A stretch of DNA of 47,664 nt from Parcubacteria group bacterium GW2011_GWA2_36_10 (GCA_000991205.1 LBRC01000001.1:1-47664), one strand, 5' to 3'; shown: positions 9,695 to 19,704, numbered from the stretch's first letter. Numbers and translations: made by a program. The notes: generated from the letters alone by a model not told the origin.

Positions 9695-10396
9695 TTATTT
9701 TTTTAATACCAAGGTATATCCATTTTTAATCTGATATCTAAAGCCCAACACCGAAACTACGCGTTTTAATATTTGCATCAAAATGTCTACTAATAAATAC
9801 TTCGATGACCATCCTCCTTTTACAGGTAAACTTCTATATCGATAAACTAAATCTAAAACTTTATATGAATGTGAGATCACCTTCCGACTCCGATCTTCAC
9901 TTTTGGCTACTAGGTAATTAATAAATACTGGGTCATTATAAGGTTTAATGTGACTTAAATCATCATAAAACCCATTCCACATCAACGGTGTACTCACAAC
10001 TAGTACGCCACCGTTCATTAAAACCCTATCAACTTCTTGTAAAAAATCATACAACTCTTGTTGTTCTAAATGTTCAACAATATGACTTAAATGAATAAAT
10101 GCAACTGTATTATTTTCAAATGGTAATTTATCTGGTATTTTATATTCTAATACATTTTTAAATTTATTCTTTAAATAATCTACTGTTACTTTATTTCCTT
10201 CCAACAAAAATAAGTTATCATACATCTTGGCTAGATCAAATTCTTCAGCAAATTCTGCGATACCACAACCAACATCAATAACAATAGATCCTTTGTCATG
10301 AGGCAAATACTTACTAGCTAATTTATAAAATGGTTGACGTCCATTTTTTGAATAAACTCTACGTAAATGATAATCTTTTATATACTTTTGAATCAT
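9695..10396 (-). CDS. class I SAM-dependent methyltransferase
   Basis: 233 aa. Motif I VIDVGCGIAEF; post-I/II elements FIHLSHIVEHL and LMNGGVLVVSTP. Confidence 0.8.
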   Translation of the reverse strand: MIQKYIKDYHLRRVYSKNGRQPFYKLASKYLPHDKGSIVIDVGCGIAEFAEEFDLAKMYDNLFLLEGNKVTVDYLKNKFKNVLEYKIPDKLPFENNTVAFIHLSHIVEHLEQQELYDFLQEVDRVLMNGGVLVVSTPLMWNGFYDDLSHIKPYNDPVFINYLVAKSEDRSRKVISHSYKVLDLVYRYRSLPVKGGWSSKYLLVDILMQILKRVVSVLGFRYQIKNGYTLVLKK

Positions 10397-10550
10397 TGTA
10401 ATATTATATATATTTTTTAATCTTATTTTTTGTTTAAATTACACAACAATATCTAAAATAACCATAAGATCTTTCTTGTTTTGTTCTTTTAAGAATGTTG
10501 AATATTTCATTATTTTATAAATTTAATTGCTACAAGATATTTTCGTATTA

Positions 10551-11396
10551 TTATTTTTTGATAATACCAAATCCCCTATATCTATTGGTATACTTTACAT
10601 TAATTTCTTCTAAAAAATTATCAAAAGCCTTATTCCATTTTATATCATCTGACAATAAAAAACCATTATAAGACAATTTTGGCCAAATTGTCTGATATTC
10701 AAAAAACATATATTCATAGCTGTGATCACTGTCATGATAAAAAATATCAAATTGTTCTAAACCTTCAATTAGTTTGGGTAATTCTATTTTAGAGTCCCCT
10801 AAAATCAATTGCCAACGTGACCGCAAATAATTTGGCACTATCCAACCCGGTGTCTGACCTTCTGGCACAAAAGCATTTAATTCTGTATTCCCCTCACTAG
10901 TGATATAAGAGCCTGGCTTTTCGTTAGCATAAAATTTTGGCAGATCTATTGAGTATAGTTTTCCCTTACCATTTTCGTATAACGCCTGCAAGATAGATGC
11001 TGATGATCTGCCGCTTGCTACCCCTGTCTCTATGACAATGTTTGGCTTTTTCATCTTAGTCATAGTATATAACATCATGATATCAAAATCACCAGAATGA
11101 CCCACTGAAAAATGTTTTTTAAAAATTTGTGATTTTCTAAAATTATTTAATTCATTAATAGCTTCATGCCCAAATAATTTAAATAAAATCTCTTTAGCTT
11201 TTAAATAATCCTTTCTTTTCAGTCTTGGCTCTAAAAATATTTTCCAATTAGCAATATTTCTTAAAAATACAATAACTAATCCCAGCAAAGGAATTGTTTT
11301 TAATTTTCTATAAATCTTTCTGATAATTTCCATCATATATTTAAAACTATCTACAATGAGGGCATCTCTTACAAATCTCAAGATTTCTCTTGCCAT
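10551..11396 (-). CDS. class I SAM-dependent methyltransferase (O-methyltransferase / Methyltransf_24-like)
   Basis: 281 aa. IVIETGVASGRSSASILQAL...GKLYSIDL...HDSDHSYEY...GFLLSDD. The real start is probably the MM at residues 21-22 (about 11336), which removes the 50-nt overlap with the upstream ORF. Confidence 0.65.
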   Translation of the reverse strand: MAREILRFVRDALIVDSFKYMMEIIRKIYRKLKTIPLLGLVIVFLRNIANWKIFLEPRLKRKDYLKAKEILFKLFGHEAINELNNFRKSQIFKKHFSVGHSGDFDIMMLYTMTKMKKPNIVIETGVASGRSSASILQALYENGKGKLYSIDLPKFYANEKPGSYITSEGNTELNAFVPEGQTPGWIVPNYLRSRWQLILGDSKIELPKLIEGLEQFDIFYHDSDHSYEYMFFEYQTIWPKLSYNGFLLSDDIKWNKAFDNFLEEINVKYTNRYRGFGIIKK

Positions 11397-12195
11397 TCGA
11401 CAAACCTTCGTATAAATCCCTTACTTCGTCACTTAATAATATCTCTTCAATGCTCTGCGTATTTAAATCACCGAAAACATTCTGTCTTTTCCAATCCCAG
11501 CAACACAAAGCCAGCTTGCAATCATGGGTAACTAACACCTCATTTAATGGCGCTAGACATGGCCTAGTGGAACCATTTTCTGGTAGTTCATATATTTTCA
11601 TTCTATCATCTAAGATAATAGGGGTAACTTTAAAGGGAATATTAAGTTTAATTTTAGAAAGTCTTTCAAATTCTAACGGATTATAAGAAGATACCCTGAT
11701 GATACCTACGCCATTTTTTTCTAACTCCTCGGCTAATGTTTGGTCAAAATAAAAACCATTTGATTGTATGGCTATTTTAGCTTTTGGCAACATTTCTCTA
11801 GTTTTTTTGATAAACATCATTAATCTTGGGTCTATACATGGCTCATTATAGACATCAAAAGCAATATAGCCTCGATAATCATTTATTTTTAAAGATTCTA
11901 AAACCTTATAAACAATATTTTCTGACAATATCTTTTTTTCACCAGCACAATTTAATGGGCACTTAGCATGAATAGTAGCGTAATTACAAATATTAGATAA
12001 TTCAAAAGCGATTCTTTTGGTCTTATCAAAAGCCCCCTTACTAGCTTCGACGTATCTAAGATCATCTTTGGTGCCATTAAAATTTTGTTTTCTTAAAGAG
12101 TACAATTTAGCTCTTAATAATCTAAATGTTTTACCAATAAAATTGTTTGTATTCTTTTTATAAAAATTGTACAAAAAACGCTTATACTTGTTCAT
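11347..12195 (-). CDS. radical SAM-like protein with C-terminal SPASM/twitch Cys cluster and non-canonical N-terminal Cys spacing
   Basis: 282 aa. FELSNICNYATIHAKCPLNC gives C-x8-C-x3-C instead of CxxxCxxC. YNEPCIDPRL sits where GGEPLL is expected, and QSNG is present. The C-terminal part CLAPLNEVLVTHDCKLALCCWDW...EICKRCPHC is SPASM/twitch-like. Confidence 0.6.
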   Translation of the reverse strand: MNKYKRFLYNFYKKNTNNFIGKTFRLLRAKLYSLRKQNFNGTKDDLRYVEASKGAFDKTKRIAFELSNICNYATIHAKCPLNCAGEKKILSENIVYKVLESLKINDYRGYIAFDVYNEPCIDPRLMMFIKKTREMLPKAKIAIQSNGFYFDQTLAEELEKNGVGIIRVSSYNPLEFERLSKIKLNIPFKVTPIILDDRMKIYELPENGSTRPCLAPLNEVLVTHDCKLALCCWDWKRQNVFGDLNTQSIEEILLSDEVRDLYEGLSNGKRNLEICKRCPHCR

Positions 12196-12245
12196 TCTAT
12201 TTATTTTTAATAATTATTTATATACGATATATTATCAAATAATAC

Positions 12246-13127
12246 TTATTTTACCAACATTTTAAAAGAAAGCTTAATTGCATAATAAAAATAAAATAAA
12301 TTCCATGGCGTTGCGAACCAAGCTTTAAATAAATATTTTCTAGCTTCAGTGAATTGATTATTTTTTTTATACAAATTTGCTAACCGCAAATAACAAAAAG
12401 CTAAAGCTTTTTTATTTTTTTTATAATCAGCATAATGTTTTTTAATAAAAATTTTAAAATAAGAAGTGATAGTATCGATATTTTGCATACCACCCATATG
12501 CTCATCTTCAGCCAAAATATTAAGTTTTACTAGAGATTCTTTGATGGCGTAAAATTTACCTACTTTTAATAAACGTAACTGCAAATCCCATTCTTGATTT
12601 TTTTTCAATGTTTCATCAAACATTATTCCTTGCTCGATGATTTTTTTTCTAAGCATAATAGTGCTGGTCCAAATATAACCACGATACAAAGTTTTTTGAA
12701 AAGGCCATACTACTCCATTTTCATCAGAAATGTTTACTTCTAATAATTCTCCATTTTTATTATATTTACTAAGGCCACAAAAAACTAAGACCACTGAATC
12801 ATCACAACTATCAAAAGCTTTGACTTGTTTAGCTAATTTTTCTGGTAACCATTCGTCGTCGTCGTCTAAAAAAGCAATAAACTCTCCACAAGCCTCTTTT
12901 ATGCCTATATTACGAGAAACAGCGCCGCCTACGCTCTGTTCATTTTGAACATATCTAATCCTTACATCACCAAAACCATCAATGACATTTTTAGCTCTCT
13001 CTTCTATACCATCGTCAACGATAATAATCTCAAAATCACCATAAATCTGTGCTAAAACAGACTTAATCGATCTACCAATTAAATGAGGTCTATTATGTGT
13101 GGGTATAACAACTGAAACTCTAGGCAT
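12246..13127 (-). CDS. GT2 family glycosyltransferase
   Basis: 293 aa. VSVVIPTHNRPHLIGRSIKSVLAQIYGDFEIIIVDDG and FLDDDDEW (DxD). Confidence 0.9.
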   Translation of the reverse strand: MPRVSVVIPTHNRPHLIGRSIKSVLAQIYGDFEIIIVDDGIEERAKNVIDGFGDVRIRYVQNEQSVGGAVSRNIGIKEACGEFIAFLDDDDEWLPEKLAKQVKAFDSCDDSVVLVFCGLSKYNKNGELLEVNISDENGVVWPFQKTLYRGYIWTSTIMLRKKIIEQGIMFDETLKKNQEWDLQLRLLKVGKFYAIKESLVKLNILAEDEHMGGMQNIDTITSYFKIFIKKHYADYKKNKKALAFCYLRLANLYKKNNQFTEARKYLFKAWFATPWNLFYFYYAIKLSFKMLVK

Positions 13128-13134
13128 AATCTAT

Positions 13135-14157
13135 TTATTTATAAACATTTTTTATAATCTTTTCTAATTTCTTCGTTTGATCTAACCAACTTGGCATATT
13201 CTTAATAAAATTCTGGGCGTTATAAATAATGTCCTGCCTTAAATTTTTATCTTTGATGGCTAATTCTAACTTATTTTTTAAATCTTGTACATCTCTTCTC
13301 TTGGCAACTAAGGCAGTAAAGTTATCAAAGGCGTAATCTCTTGAACCACCATTATCATAAGTCACTAAAACACAGCCACAAGCCATAGCTTCTAAAGATG
13401 GTAACCCAAAACCCTCGTCCCAAGAAGGACATAAAAAAATATCACAAGCAGCATGGATCTCAGCTACTGCTTTGCCAATTGGCTGAAAATAATATTCATC
13501 ACATTCTGCATTATCTTGTCTAGCGCCATACATAATTAATTTAATATTTGGATATTTATTTTTTAAATCATTAACAACATCAAGGCCCTCTTTCACGCCT
13601 TTCCATTTATATGTATGCTGAAGCATCAAAATTCTAACACAATCTGGATTTTTTTTAATATTATATAAATGAAAAACCTCTTGATCTAAAACATTTAATA
13701 ATAAATGCGGTTTTTGTCCAAATTCCTCCACCAGCATATCACGCAGCCAAGTCGACACGGTAATAAATACATATGGTAAATTATAAGTTTTAGCAACCAA
13801 CTCTTTTTGTCCGTGATAAAGTCTTTCGTCATGTTGCACTATATAAAATTTTTTGCCAACTTTTTGACTATAATTCTCTATTGCTAAAGCATGTTCCGAA
13901 GAAGAAAAAACTAAAACGTCAGCTTCTGGCAACATTTTTTCTGTTAATTTAGCAATTGCCTTGATTTTAAACTGCTTATTCTTTAACCATTTTGGCTTGT
14001 AATAAAACAAATTGAAACACAAGCGTTGAAATTTTGTAGTATTTACAACCAACACCTTAACATCATGGCCAGATAGTGACAAATGATGAGCGTACTCCAC
14101 TAGAACCATTATGCCGCCAGCAATTTTTAAATGTGGTACCAGAAAATTAATTTTCAT
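13135..14157 (-). CDS. GT4 (group 1) glycosyltransferase
   Basis: 340 aa. CPSWDEGFGLPSLEAMACGCVLVT motif. Confidence 0.85.
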   Translation of the reverse strand: MKINFLVPHLKIAGGIMVLVEYAHHLSLSGHDVKVLVVNTTKFQRLCFNLFYYKPKWLKNKQFKIKAIAKLTEKMLPEADVLVFSSSEHALAIENYSQKVGKKFYIVQHDERLYHGQKELVAKTYNLPYVFITVSTWLRDMLVEEFGQKPHLLLNVLDQEVFHLYNIKKNPDCVRILMLQHTYKWKGVKEGLDVVNDLKNKYPNIKLIMYGARQDNAECDEYYFQPIGKAVAEIHAACDIFLCPSWDEGFGLPSLEAMACGCVLVTYDNGGSRDYAFDNFTALVAKRRDVQDLKNKLELAIKDKNLRQDIIYNAQNFIKNMPSWLDQTKKLEKIIKNVYK

Positions 14158-14167
14158 AACATCATAT

Positions 14168-15244
14168 CTATAAAGAAAATTCTATTTTTATTTGCTTAAC
14201 TAAAGCATGTTTACTAAAATACTGCTCAATTTTTCTTCTACCATTTTCTCCTAAATTATTCAAAGCCTCTAAATTATTGCTGACATATTTTATCTTTTCC
14301 GCCAAATCTTTAGCATCTGCCATCTCACAATAAATCAAATCTTTTTTATCTTCTAAATACAGTTCTATTGCCCTGTTTCTACCGGTGACAACAATTTTTT
14401 TACAAGCCAAACATTCCAAAACTTTATTAGCTATAACTCTTTTAGCTTTATTGGTATTACCAAATATACCTAAACAAAAAGAAGATAATTTAATATAGCT
14501 AATAATCTTACTGTTCTCAATTCTATCGATAAAAATAATATTATCTAAATTTAAATCACGATAAAGTTGATCTATTTTTTTTCTTGTCTGGCCATTACCA
14601 ATTAAAATAAACTGCATATCTTTTTGCTCACGTAATATATCAGCCGCTTTTATAATATATTCCACACCTTGTAATGGTATATATAAGCCAAAAAATAAAA
14701 CATTACATTTCTTGGGATCAAAAATATTTTCCACACTAGGATTAATCTTGTCTACAAAATCTAAATCTATGCTGATTGGTATGACAATTTTTTTAACCCT
14801 TTCTTTAATATGAAATTTTTCAATAAAATAATCACGATGTAAATTAGTGTCAAATATTATTATATCAGAGGATAAGCAAGAAAAATAATCCAATAAATAA
14901 TAATATAAAGCCTTAACGGAAAATCTATTTGCTAAAGCTCTATCAAAAATATACGTATCATAAATAGAAATAAAAGCATCAAATATTAATTTAATTTTTT
15001 TTGGTTTAAAAAATAATCTATAAAAAAATAATAAAAAAGCTAACTTCTGGCTAGTTTGTAAAAATAATATATAATCATATTTATTACCATTAAGTATTAA
15101 ATTCTTTAAAATAAAAATTTTATTAGCAGAAGTAGAAAAATTATTTTCTGTAACTTCAAAAACTTCACCCAGACTTTCTATCAATGCCTTGTTTCTGGGA
15201 TATTCTTGATTATAGGTACCAGTAATTAATAATTTACTTCTCAT
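14168..15244 (-). CDS. GT-B fold glycosyltransferase (group 1-like, divergent)
   Basis: 358 aa. The Rossmann-like C-terminal half is VLFFGLYIPLQGVEYIIKAADIL...FILIGNG...KAKRVIANKVLECLACKKIVVTG. There is no clean EX7E motif, so the assignment is weaker. Confidence 0.55.
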   Translation of the reverse strand: MRSKLLITGTYNQEYPRNKALIESLGEVFEVTENNFSTSANKIFILKNLILNGNKYDYILFLQTSQKLAFLLFFYRLFFKPKKIKLIFDAFISIYDTYIFDRALANRFSVKALYYYLLDYFSCLSSDIIIFDTNLHRDYFIEKFHIKERVKKIVIPISIDLDFVDKINPSVENIFDPKKCNVLFFGLYIPLQGVEYIIKAADILREQKDMQFILIGNGQTRKKIDQLYRDLNLDNIIFIDRIENSKIISYIKLSSFCLGIFGNTNKAKRVIANKVLECLACKKIVVTGRNRAIELYLEDKKDLIYCEMADAKDLAEKIKYVSNNLEALNNLGENGRRKIEQYFSKHALVKQIKIEFSL

Positions 15245-16247
15245 CTTTTATCCTCCAACTAGCTGGTAAGTTTTTTAAAATCTCAATATTAGAGAATACT
15301 TTAGTTTCTCTAGCGCCATGTTTCTTTGCCCAAGTAGCCATTCTTTTGACACCTTCGGCTAATGAATGAGCATCTTCATAAGCTAATAATAATCTAACTT
15401 TACTGTGATCAGAATAAGCGGTATGTACTTCATTTCTAGCTTCTAAATATTTAACCTCTACTTCTTTTTCCATAGCCTCAAAAACATATTTTACTATATC
15501 ATTAACAGAATATGGCTCATCAGCACCAATATTAAAAACATGATTATATGCTTCTTGTTTATTAATTGCTTGTGCCATGGCTTGAGTCACGCCTTTAACA
15601 TAAGTAAAGGCTCTTTTTTGCGTGCCATCACCAAAAATAGTAATTGGTTTATCTTGCATGATTTGGTTCATAAAAATGCCTAAAACATTTCTATACTTAT
15701 CTCCAATATTTTGTCTTTCTCCATAAACATTATGTGGTCTAAAAATAATATAATCTAAACCAAACATTTCTTTACAGGCTTTGAGTTCTAATTCAATGGC
15801 ATATTTAGCGATACCATAAGAGTCTTCTGGTCTTGGAGTAGTGGTTTCTAGCATTGGTAATTGATTAGCGCCATATACAGCGATTGAAGATGTAAAGACA
15901 AAACATTTGACATCATGATTAACCGAAGCATTAATTAAATTAATACTACCTAATAAATTATTATGATAATTAAAGCTTTTGATAAAGTGACTTAGGCCTT
16001 CAGCGGCATAAGCAGCTAGATGATACACATAGTCAAATTTATGTTCAGTAAATAAAGCTTGAACTAATTGAGCATCATTTATACTGCCTTCTATGAATAA
16101 AGCTTTAGAATTAACATTTTCTTTAAAACCACCACTTAAATCATCTAGCACAACTACTTTATGACCTAATTCAATAAGCTCATCTACTAAGTGAGAGCCG
16201 ATAAAGCCTGCCCCACCGGTGACTAAAATTTTGGTTTGTGTGTTCAT
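15234..16247 (-). CDS. NAD-dependent sugar-nucleotide epimerase/dehydratase (extended SDR)
   Basis: 337 aa. ILVTGGAGFIGSHLVDEL (GxxGxxG) and catalytic YGIAKYAIE (YxxxK). The precise reaction cannot be called from sequence alone. Confidence 0.85.
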   Translation of the reverse strand: MNTQTKILVTGGAGFIGSHLVDELIELGHKVVVLDDLSGGFKENVNSKALFIEGSINDAQLVQALFTEHKFDYVYHLAAYAAEGLSHFIKSFNYHNNLLGSINLINASVNHDVKCFVFTSSIAVYGANQLPMLETTTPRPEDSYGIAKYAIELELKACKEMFGLDYIIFRPHNVYGERQNIGDKYRNVLGIFMNQIMQDKPITIFGDGTQKRAFTYVKGVTQAMAQAINKQEAYNHVFNIGADEPYSVNDIVKYVFEAMEKEVEVKYLEARNEVHTAYSDHSKVRLLLAYEDAHSLAEGVKRMATWAKKHGARETKVFSNIEILKNLPASWRIKDEK

Positions 16248-16264
16248 ATATACAAAGAGTTAGT

Positions 16265-16876
16265 TTATTTTTTAGCTACCAAAACCATATTCCAAGGAAC
16301 TGGTTGTTTATAATCAATAATTTTAAAATATTTACTTAATAAATCAAGAAATCTTGCCCTACTCCAATGATTAATATGTCCTGGGGTATTACCAAAATCT
16401 TTTATATACTTGCCCCTCATAAGATTCATGAGCCTCCACAAAGGTTCATTAGGCACACTTAAAAGACAAAAATTATTAGTAACTCTTGCTAATTCTCTTA
16501 AAGCTTCATCTGGATTATCCAAGTGCTCTAAAACCTCTAAGCATACCACCAAATCAAAACTATTATCCGATCTCTGCAAATCATAAATAGATTCTCGTTT
16601 AATATTAATATCAGGATTTTTAATTTTTGCATCATCAACTAAGTTTTGTTCATAATCAGACGCTTCTATTAATTGTGTTGGGAAAAAATTTCTTAAGTAC
16701 TGAGTAGAAAATCCATGTCCGCAACCAACCTCTAAAACTGAATCGATATTTTTATTTTTAACTAAATTAGCTAAGTTTTTATAAAAATTCTTAATTAACC
16801 AATTTGTAATAAAATTAGTTTCGGTATATTTTTTTTCAAAATTTTCTTTACTTGTTATATTCATTTTTTTTCGCAT
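16265..16876 (-). CDS. class I SAM-dependent methyltransferase
   Basis: 203 aa. VLEVGCGHGFST, FDLVVCLEVLEHL. Confidence 0.8.
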   Translation of the reverse strand: MRKKMNITSKENFEKKYTETNFITNWLIKNFYKNLANLVKNKNIDSVLEVGCGHGFSTQYLRNFFPTQLIEASDYEQNLVDDAKIKNPDINIKRESIYDLQRSDNSFDLVVCLEVLEHLDNPDEALRELARVTNNFCLLSVPNEPLWRLMNLMRGKYIKDFGNTPGHINHWSRARFLDLLSKYFKIIDYKQPVPWNMVLVAKK

Positions 16877-17816
16877 AATATAATATTTTTTCTTGATTCC
16901 ATCTAATTCTTGCTAGCATATCTGATAAAAAACCAACAACGACTAATAAAATACCTAATAAATTCAAAAAAGCACCGGAAAATATCACTGACTTATAAGG
17001 AGTAAAAGATGATGTCTGTAAAAAATATAAAAAAACAAAAGCGTCTAATAATAAACCAATGCTAAAAATAAATGTACCTAAAAACCCAAAAAATTTCATT
17101 GGTTTATAATCACGTAAAGTTTTAAAGTTTATTTTTAATATATTCCAAGCATACTTAAATAAATTACTAGCCACTCTTGATTTTCTATTAAAAAAATAAC
17201 GTACATGGATAGGAACTTCTTTAAAACTTAAATTTTTAAAACTCAAATCTATAATTGTTTCTTGGGTATAGGTAAAATCACCAAATAAATTTAAATTGCA
17301 CAGAGCCTCTGCGTTATAAGCCCGAAAACCACAACTCACATCAAAATATCTTATACCAGTAAGCCAAGTAACTAAATTAGCCACTGTTTTATTTCCCCAA
17401 ATTTTAATTTTTGGCATATTTACTGGTATAAAAGATCTATCGACGAAACGAGATCCCAAAACAACATCATGTCCACCCGTAACCATAGCTTCTATTAATA
17501 ATATTATTTCCTGTGGATCAAATTGACCGTCTGCATCAATAGTAACTAAAATATCTGCCTTTCTTTTTATCGCCTCTTCAACGCCAGTTTGAAAAACAAA
17601 ACCAACGCCTTTATTTTTAGGGTGAGAAATCAAGCTGGCTAACTTCGAGTCTTTCACTATTTTAGCTGTCTTGTCTTGGGAACCATCATCAATAACTAGA
17701 ATCTCTACATTTGTCACATCAGCAATTTTGAGTGGCACTGCCTGTAAAACTTTTAAAATGTTTTCTTCTTCATTATAAGCTGGTATCAAAACCAGCACTT
17801 TTTTATCTTTTAACAT
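16848..17816 (-). CDS. GT2 polyprenyl-phosphate glycosyltransferase (GtrB/ArnC/Dpm1-like) with two C-terminal TM helices
   Basis: 322 aa. VLIPAYNEEENI, ILVIDDGSQDKT, TIDADGQFDP. The C-terminal helices are FFGFLGTFIFSIGLLLDAFVFLYFL and SGAFLNLLGILLVVVGFL. Confidence 0.85.
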   Translation of the reverse strand: MLKDKKVLVLIPAYNEEENILKVLQAVPLKIADVTNVEILVIDDGSQDKTAKIVKDSKLASLISHPKNKGVGFVFQTGVEEAIKRKADILVTIDADGQFDPQEIILLIEAMVTGGHDVVLGSRFVDRSFIPVNMPKIKIWGNKTVANLVTWLTGIRYFDVSCGFRAYNAEALCNLNLFGDFTYTQETIIDLSFKNLSFKEVPIHVRYFFNRKSRVASNLFKYAWNILKINFKTLRDYKPMKFFGFLGTFIFSIGLLLDAFVFLYFLQTSSFTPYKSVIFSGAFLNLLGILLVVVGFLSDMLARIRWNQEKILYYAKKNEYNK

Positions 17817-19704
17817 ACTGTTTGAAATATAAAATTATTTTTTCTAAAGCGCTATAAATATATAAAAACATTATTGGTATAATTGGTAAAAAATATCTAG
17901 GATTCAAAAAGGTAGGCGCCAATAAACTAATAAAGCCTAAAATTACCCCAAAATATAACAACAATATCCAGCCTTTTTCCTTATTATTCTTGGTAACTGT
18001 TATTATGCCAGAAGCCAATAAAAAAAGGAATAGCAGCAATGGTATCAATAAAATTGGCCCATAATGTAAAGGATATTCTATAATTTTAAATAAATAGCGC
18101 AAACCAAAGACGGGGCCACCATAATCAACGGTATCATACACAGAGCCTATAGATGAACCATAAGACATAAAATTGATATACGCCTGGAGAACTGCAAATG
18201 GCAAGCCACCCAAAATAAAATAGCTAATATTCTTATATTGTTTAAAGTATGAGAATATGCCGAGATAAACTGGAATGATTATAAAATTTTGTAATCTTGT
18301 TAAAGTGGCTAAACCAACTAAAATACCCAGCATAAAGGCAAAAGATATTTTAGTATTTTTATAAAATTTTAAAAATAGCAAAAGCGCTGATAACATTAAA
18401 ATAGTAGAAAAAGGATCAGAAATTGCATAAAAATACATTAATTGTCCAAAACGACTAATTTTAAAATTATTAATCACCACGCTATCCTGAGCAAAAAAAT
18501 GAAATAAATAATAAAAAAAGTATGGATAAATAACAAACAGAGATGCTATGCCTAAAGCCTTTTTTTTATTGTGCAAAAAATCTTTAGCCAAAATATACAC
18601 TAAACAAACACTGACTACAAAAAATATATTATTTATAATAGCCACTGGTAAAATAATATCCATTATATCTTTTGCGTGCCATAAACAAACCAATGGAGCT
18701 AATAATAAAGAAAAACCTATGGGAAATAAATTTTCCACAAAGTGCCAACTCAATAAAGATTGTGCACCTTTAAAATAATCCAATTCGTCACCAGAAAAAC
18801 CAAAGAATAGAAAGCTATTATTTTCACCTAAATAAGGAAAGTTATTTTTTGCTAAAAATAAAATTAATAACCTCACTAAGATTAAGCTACTTATAGCTAA
18901 TAACCAATTTTTATTAATTTTAAACTTTAACATATTTTTGCTGATTTCTCTTAGCTTATAAAAAAATGGATTTAAATACGTTTTAAACTTCATTAAACTC
19001 AAGTCTCTTAAAATTTCTATCCTGGGTATAGACATTTTATCTTGCGTAGAATACAAAGTTCTTCCTCCGGCAAAAGCTAAAAGTACCCCCTCTTTGCTTA
19101 AAGCTTTCTTAGCTAGGTCATTATACTTATTGTGTGGATAAGCGACTATTTTTAAAGAATCATTAGGCCCAATAATGTTCTGTAAACTAATCAAGGCTTT
19201 TTGATATTCTTCCCTAATTTCTTCAGGACTCAATGTATCTACGTCTTTATGATGAGCTAAATGATTTGCAATACACCACCCTTCTTGTTTTAAGGCTAAA
19301 ATTTCAGTTTCATTCAGCATAGCTAAATTTTTATTGGCTACTTTTTGAGCAAAATTATTATCACGACCAATATAATCAGTGGCAATAAAAACTGTAGCCA
19401 CAAAACCATATTTTTTTAATATCGGCAAAGCATTAGTGTAATTATCTTGATAACCATCATCAAAAGTTAAAATAAAACTTTTTTCTGGCCATTGACCGTT
19501 GATAATATCTAATGACGTGATACTGTGATAGCCATTTAATTTTAGGTATTTAATTTTACTCTCAAAATCTTCCAGGCCAAGGCTAAGAGATGCATCTTTT
19601 TGACTAATTGAATGAAATAAAAAGACCGGCAAAAATTTCTTATTTTTAACTGGAAAAAATAAATTTAAAAGATAACAAATAAAATATATGAAATAGTCTT
19701 TCAT
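17803..19704 (-). CDS. fusion protein: NodB-type polysaccharide deacetylase (CE4) domain + GT-C fold (ArnT/PMT-like, GT39/83-type) membrane glycosyltransferase
   Basis: 633 aa. The N-terminal domain has LTFDDGYQDNYTNALPILKKYGFVATVFI and ANHLAHH. After residue ~260 there are >=10 hydrophobic helices, with a first-loop acidic motif FSGDELDYFKGA typical of GT-C enzymes. 14-nt overlap with the GT2 gene downstream. Confidence 0.7.
   Translation of the reverse strand: MKDYFIYFICYLLNLFFPVKNKKFLPVFLFHSISQKDASLSLGLEDFESKIKYLKLNGYHSITSLDIINGQWPEKSFILTFDDGYQDNYTNALPILKKYGFVATVFIATDYIGRDNNFAQKVANKNLAMLNETEILALKQEGWCIANHLAHHKDVDTLSPEEIREEYQKALISLQNIIGPNDSLKIVAYPHNKYNDLAKKALSKEGVLLAFAGGRTLYSTQDKMSIPRIEILRDLSLMKFKTYLNPFFYKLREISKNMLKFKINKNWLLAISSLILVRLLILFLAKNNFPYLGENNSFLFFGFSGDELDYFKGAQSLLSWHFVENLFPIGFSLLLAPLVCLWHAKDIMDIILPVAIINNIFFVVSVCLVYILAKDFLHNKKKALGIASLFVIYPYFFYYLFHFFAQDSVVINNFKISRFGQLMYFYAISDPFSTILMLSALLLFLKFYKNTKISFAFMLGILVGLATLTRLQNFIIIPVYLGIFSYFKQYKNISYFILGGLPFAVLQAYINFMSYGSSIGSVYDTVDYGGPVFGLRYLFKIIEYPLHYGPILLIPLLLFLFLLASGIITVTKNNKEKGWILLLYFGVILGFISLLAPTFLNPRYFLPIIPIMFLYIYSALEKIILYFKQYVKR

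Noticed and set aside
10439-10510. 23-codon minus-strand ORF (MKYSTFLKEQNKKDLMVILDIVV) in the 154-nt gap near the radical SAM gene, considered as a RiPP precursor.
   Set aside because: It has no Cys or other typical core residues, no ribosome-binding context, and is separated from the radical SAM gene by a methyltransferase gene. It cannot be supported.
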